Shown one piece after another: positions 60,725 through 64,000 of a stretch of DNA of 64,000 nucleotides (position 1 is its first letter; every line of letters begins with the position of its first letter). Source of the DNA: Phaeosaccion multiseriatum. Its lineage: Eukaryota > Protista > Ochrophyta, other classes. The DNA lies in NCBI GenBank assembly GCA_965112735.1, contig OZ218953.1, positions 4,216,001 through 4,280,000 of the forward strand. The letters run 5' to 3'. Under the pieces are notes generated by a model that saw only the letters and a list, made by a program, of their open reading frames with translations, was not told where the DNA came from and searched no databases. A program made the position numbers and the translations under genes.

Positions 60725-61091
60725 CAGCACGAGACTCGGCCGCCACGACTGACGCCGAAAGGATTCGCTTCGACTTGGTGTACAGTGAAGTCAGCCACCT
60801 TTTATACATGACCCCGAGGATCAAGGTCACTGCCACGATGCAGATTGAGATCATCAAGAGAGAAAAGTACAGCTCGCCCTTGTCATGCCGGTTCACCATC
60901 TCGTCCTGCCTGACCTCTGGGGTCGGGCTTTCGGTCGGAGCGAGGGTGGGCTCTGGTGTTTGGAGAGTGGGCGGAGGGGTCTGAGGAAAGAACCAAGGCG
61001 GGAAGTACCACCCTGCCCACGGTTGAAGTGGGGATGGAACAGTGCTGTTCCCCACCCCCCTTACAAATGGATCAGTGGTCCTGTTCGCCAT
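59079..61091 (-). CDS. Single-pass membrane protein with cytosolic MLKL-NTD/HeLo-like four-helix bundle, 2 exons
   Basis: TM LYFSLLMISICIVAVTLILGVMY followed by KR; later PLVPALTAAIITAHAVSTML...NLAHGEEICEWIGDMVIVLEGL...VEAHLCELYEEAETYAGKGK|LRQFILSRAFQAKLRDCKASFDDALFRLNTGL; intron 59430-59696. Confidence 0.7.
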
Positions 61092-61235
61092 CCCCCTTTT
61101 GCTCGTGTACCCAAGGAAGTCCCTCAAGGGCTTAAGGTTTCACGTGGTGGAAAGAGGGCTCGAAAAGGGACGATTCGAAAAAAGGGCTCTATTATTTCAC
61201 AGATGGCACCAAAAAAAGGGAGTTTTTCTTTTTTT

Positions 61236-64000
61236 TTACCACTCCGCCGTCTCCTCCTCCGAGAACGAAACCACATGGTTGAACCAGCGCAGCACATTCG
61301 GGTGTGCGCCAAGGGCCTCTCCCTTGACCTTTGCGTCGTCCCCTCCATAACCCGCCCTGAGACTCTCCAGCGCCTTCTTGTCAGCCGGGGAGGGCACGAA
61401 GCCTCCGACATACGAATGCCCGAGTAGATGGTCATTGAGGGCGGTCACGTTGACGGAGCCGTCCTCGTTCAGAACAGGGTCCTTCCTAGGAGCCGCAGGA
61501 GCAGCCTTTGTCTTTGCGGCCGCCGCTGCTGCCGGCTTGCTGCCACCCTTGCTCTTCTGCACAACACAGACGAAACCGAAACAGCGCCACAAGGGGAAGA
61601 CAGGACGGACATATTATGGTCGATCGAGTGAAAAAGAGTGAGTACTGAGTAGACAACGATGAGAGCGATGATGAGCTTAGCAGTAGCCGCACACCATTCA
61701 TTGACTTAACACTAACCTCCTTCTTGTCCTTGGGATCCTTGGGAGCCTTGTCAGCCTTGTTCTTCTTGCTGCTGGTCCTCGCTGGGGGTGGGGCAAAGTC
61801 ATCTCCCGTTACCTCCTTGTAGCTTGCCTTGAGGGCGAGGAGCTCCTGCACGCAAGGCATGACTGTTGCCTTGTCTGCCTTGGCCTCCTTCAGCTGACGA
61901 ATCTCGGCACCCTTGGCGTTGATCTGAATGGGGAGGAGAGAGAGGGAGAGGGAAGATAGAGATAGGAAGGGGGGGGGGGGGATGAGAAGGAAGAAAGGGA
62001 AGAAAGAGAGAGAGCGAGACGGGAGAGAGACAGAGGGGCGTGGCAGGAGACTTGAGAGAGAGGGGGGGGGATGTGGCGCATGGGCTTCTGGTGTGCTCAA
62101 GTGGACTCTCCTCCACGTGAGCTCTGCCAGAGTGTACACACCAAAGCATGCATGTTCGAGGCCAACATATAGATGGGAAACAAGGGTGCGGGCGACCAGA
62201 AGCAGCGAGCACTGCAGGGACCCAAGGGGCTTTCTCCCACCTTCTCGACAAGGGCGGCAGCTTCTGGGGACAAGTCCGCTGCTGCTGCTGCTGCTGCTGC
62301 CGGTGGGGGAGGGGGGGTTGCTCCTACTGCTGCTGCTGCTCCTGCTGCTGCTACTGCTGCTACCGGTGCTGCTGCTGCTCCTCCCCCGCTCGCCGCTGCC
62401 TCCCCCTTTCCTCCAGCGGGTTTGGAGGGCTTGACCTCCTTGCCGCCTACCGAGTACCCTCCCTTACTCGCCCCCTTCGCCTCCCTCATATCCTCGGGGA
62501 GTTCTTTGACGTAGTCGATGAAGGTTATACCTGCAAGTGAGAAAGGGTGGGAAGGAAGGAAGGAAGGAAGGAAGGAAGGAAGGGAAGGGAAGGGAAGGGA
62601 AGAACAAATAACGGCGACAGGTGGGAATATAAGCACCTTCCATGGTAGGTGGTATGCAAGTCAAGTCACGTGGTTGGTTATTCGGCACCAGCACTCGTCG
62701 CCAAGGAATGGGTGGTCCTTCCTTCTTCCGCTCATGGATAGGCCTGTTTTTTCTGGTCTCCGTCCCTCCTTCCCCCCTTCACTCCCTCCGCCTCCCTCCT
62801 GTATCACCAACCCACTCACCTCCCATGTAGGGTACCAGCACCTCTGGCACTTTGACCCCCCCGTCGGCTTGGTAGTTCTCCAGGATGCAGCTTAGCGTCC
62901 GAGTGGTGGCGCACAGGGTGGAGTTGAGCAAGTGCACATACTTCTTCTCCGTCTGCAGAGGGCGACAGAGGATGAGGAGGAGGAGGAGGAGGAGGAGGAG
63001 GAGGAGGAGGAATGAAGGTGTGGGGTGGGGAGGAGGAGGAGAAAGAGGCGGATGATGATGAGGAGGAGGGAGGGGGAGGCGGAGCCGTAGCCAAGCAGAG
63101 CATGGAATGAACAACTCACGACAGGCGATTGACACCATTGACGGACCTGATTGAGCTTCTTTTGCCCGGAACGAATCTCCATGCCCCTGCTTTGATAGTC
63201 CGTGCAGTTGGAGCAGGACACGAGCTCTCGGTACTCCTCGTAGCCCGGGAACCACGCCTCCAAGTCGTACTTCTTGATGGCTGCGTTGTTGAGCTCTGCG
63301 GACACGAGGTTAATCACGCGGTAAGACAGCCCCAGGGATTGGTAGAACGCCTCGGAGGTGGCCAGCATCTGTGATTGATTGATAGAGAGAGGGAGAGAGA
63401 AATAGAGAGAAAGAGAGAGGGAGGTTGGTTGGTTGATTGGTTGATTGGTTGCCCTCCTTGACCCGGTCCCTCCCCTCCCCTCTCGGGCCTCCTCGCCTCC
63501 TCCCCTTCTCACCTCCTTGTGCAGGACATCGGACTTCTCCAAATCCCCCTCACACACCACAAACTGTTCCACTTTTTCAAACTGATGCACGCGGAAGATG
63601 CCCCACACGTCCTTGCCGTGGGCCCCTGCCTCCTTGCGAAAGCACGTGGAAACGCCCGCGTATCGGTACGGAAGCTCCTTTTCGTCCAGCCACTCGCCCT
63701 TGTGAAAGCCGCAAAGGGGCTGCTCGGAGGTGGCAATCAAGTACTTGGGTTCCGTGAGGCCCTTGCCGGTCACCTGATTATGTTTGTCAGTTGATTGATT
63801 GATTCATCGGTTGATTGATTGGGTGATTAGGTGCAAGTGAGTCGTGGGAGGGGAAGAAGGTACGGGTTGTCCAAATACAAACATTACCTTCATCAGAACC
63901 CGAAAAGAATCAAGAGCCCTCCCCGCCCCCTCCCCCCCTCACCTTGTACAGCTCCTCGTCAAATTCCTCAAGCTGCGCCACTCCAGCCATCACGTCCTGA
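61236..64000 (-). CDS. SerRS: Cytosolic-type seryl-tRNA synthetase with C-terminal WHEP and EF1B-beta-like GST domains; 5' end outside window
   Basis: [16 protein letters not shown]|[10 protein letters not shown], motif 2 [52 protein letters not shown], motif 3 [22 protein letters not shown]; in-frame spliced extension to TAA at 61236. Confidence 0.95.

Noticed and set aside
1-64000. tRNA, rRNA or snRNA genes
   Set aside because: None recognised by eye; a tRNAscan-SE/Infernal run would be needed to exclude them

Overview
Gene-dense eukaryotic nuclear DNA, GC-rich, with short spliceosomal introns often filled by microsatellites. Signal-peptide + Phe bipartite plastid presequences point to a photosynthetic stramenopile (ochrophyte); this is an inference. 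I reconstructed about 17 spliced protein genes by hand: ABCB half-transporter (5' truncated), thylakoid-lumen protein, Cys-repeat/J-domain protein, coiled-coil protein, conserved GWFQWYCRF-family protein, PhnP-like metallo-beta-lactamase, secreted Cys-rich protein, aromatic amino-acid decarboxylase, a three-repeat unknown protein, TPR protein, MCM10, DeSI/PPPDE-PUL, profilin, plastid Nudix hydrolase, polyQ protein, TM + MLKL-NTD-like protein, and seryl-tRNA synthetase (5' end beyond the window). A mobile-element patch at 21.3-22.8 kb holds a CRE-type non-LTR retrotransposon remnant interrupted by a nested palindromic fold-back element; related small elements lie at 25.6-25.8 kb and 28.2-28.4 kb. 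Best novelty candidates: (1) SerRS with a C-terminal WHEP domain plus an EF1B-beta-type GST-like domain; (2) a membrane-anchored, kinase-less MLKL/HeLo-like helical bundle right next to it; (3) a secretory-pathway J-protein built from about 15 Cys-pair repeats; (4) the nested fold-back element; (5) an unrecognised ~110-aa domain present three times in one protein. Exon boundaries and family calls come from motif recognition only; no searches were run. Most entries in the ORF track are microsatellite artefacts.
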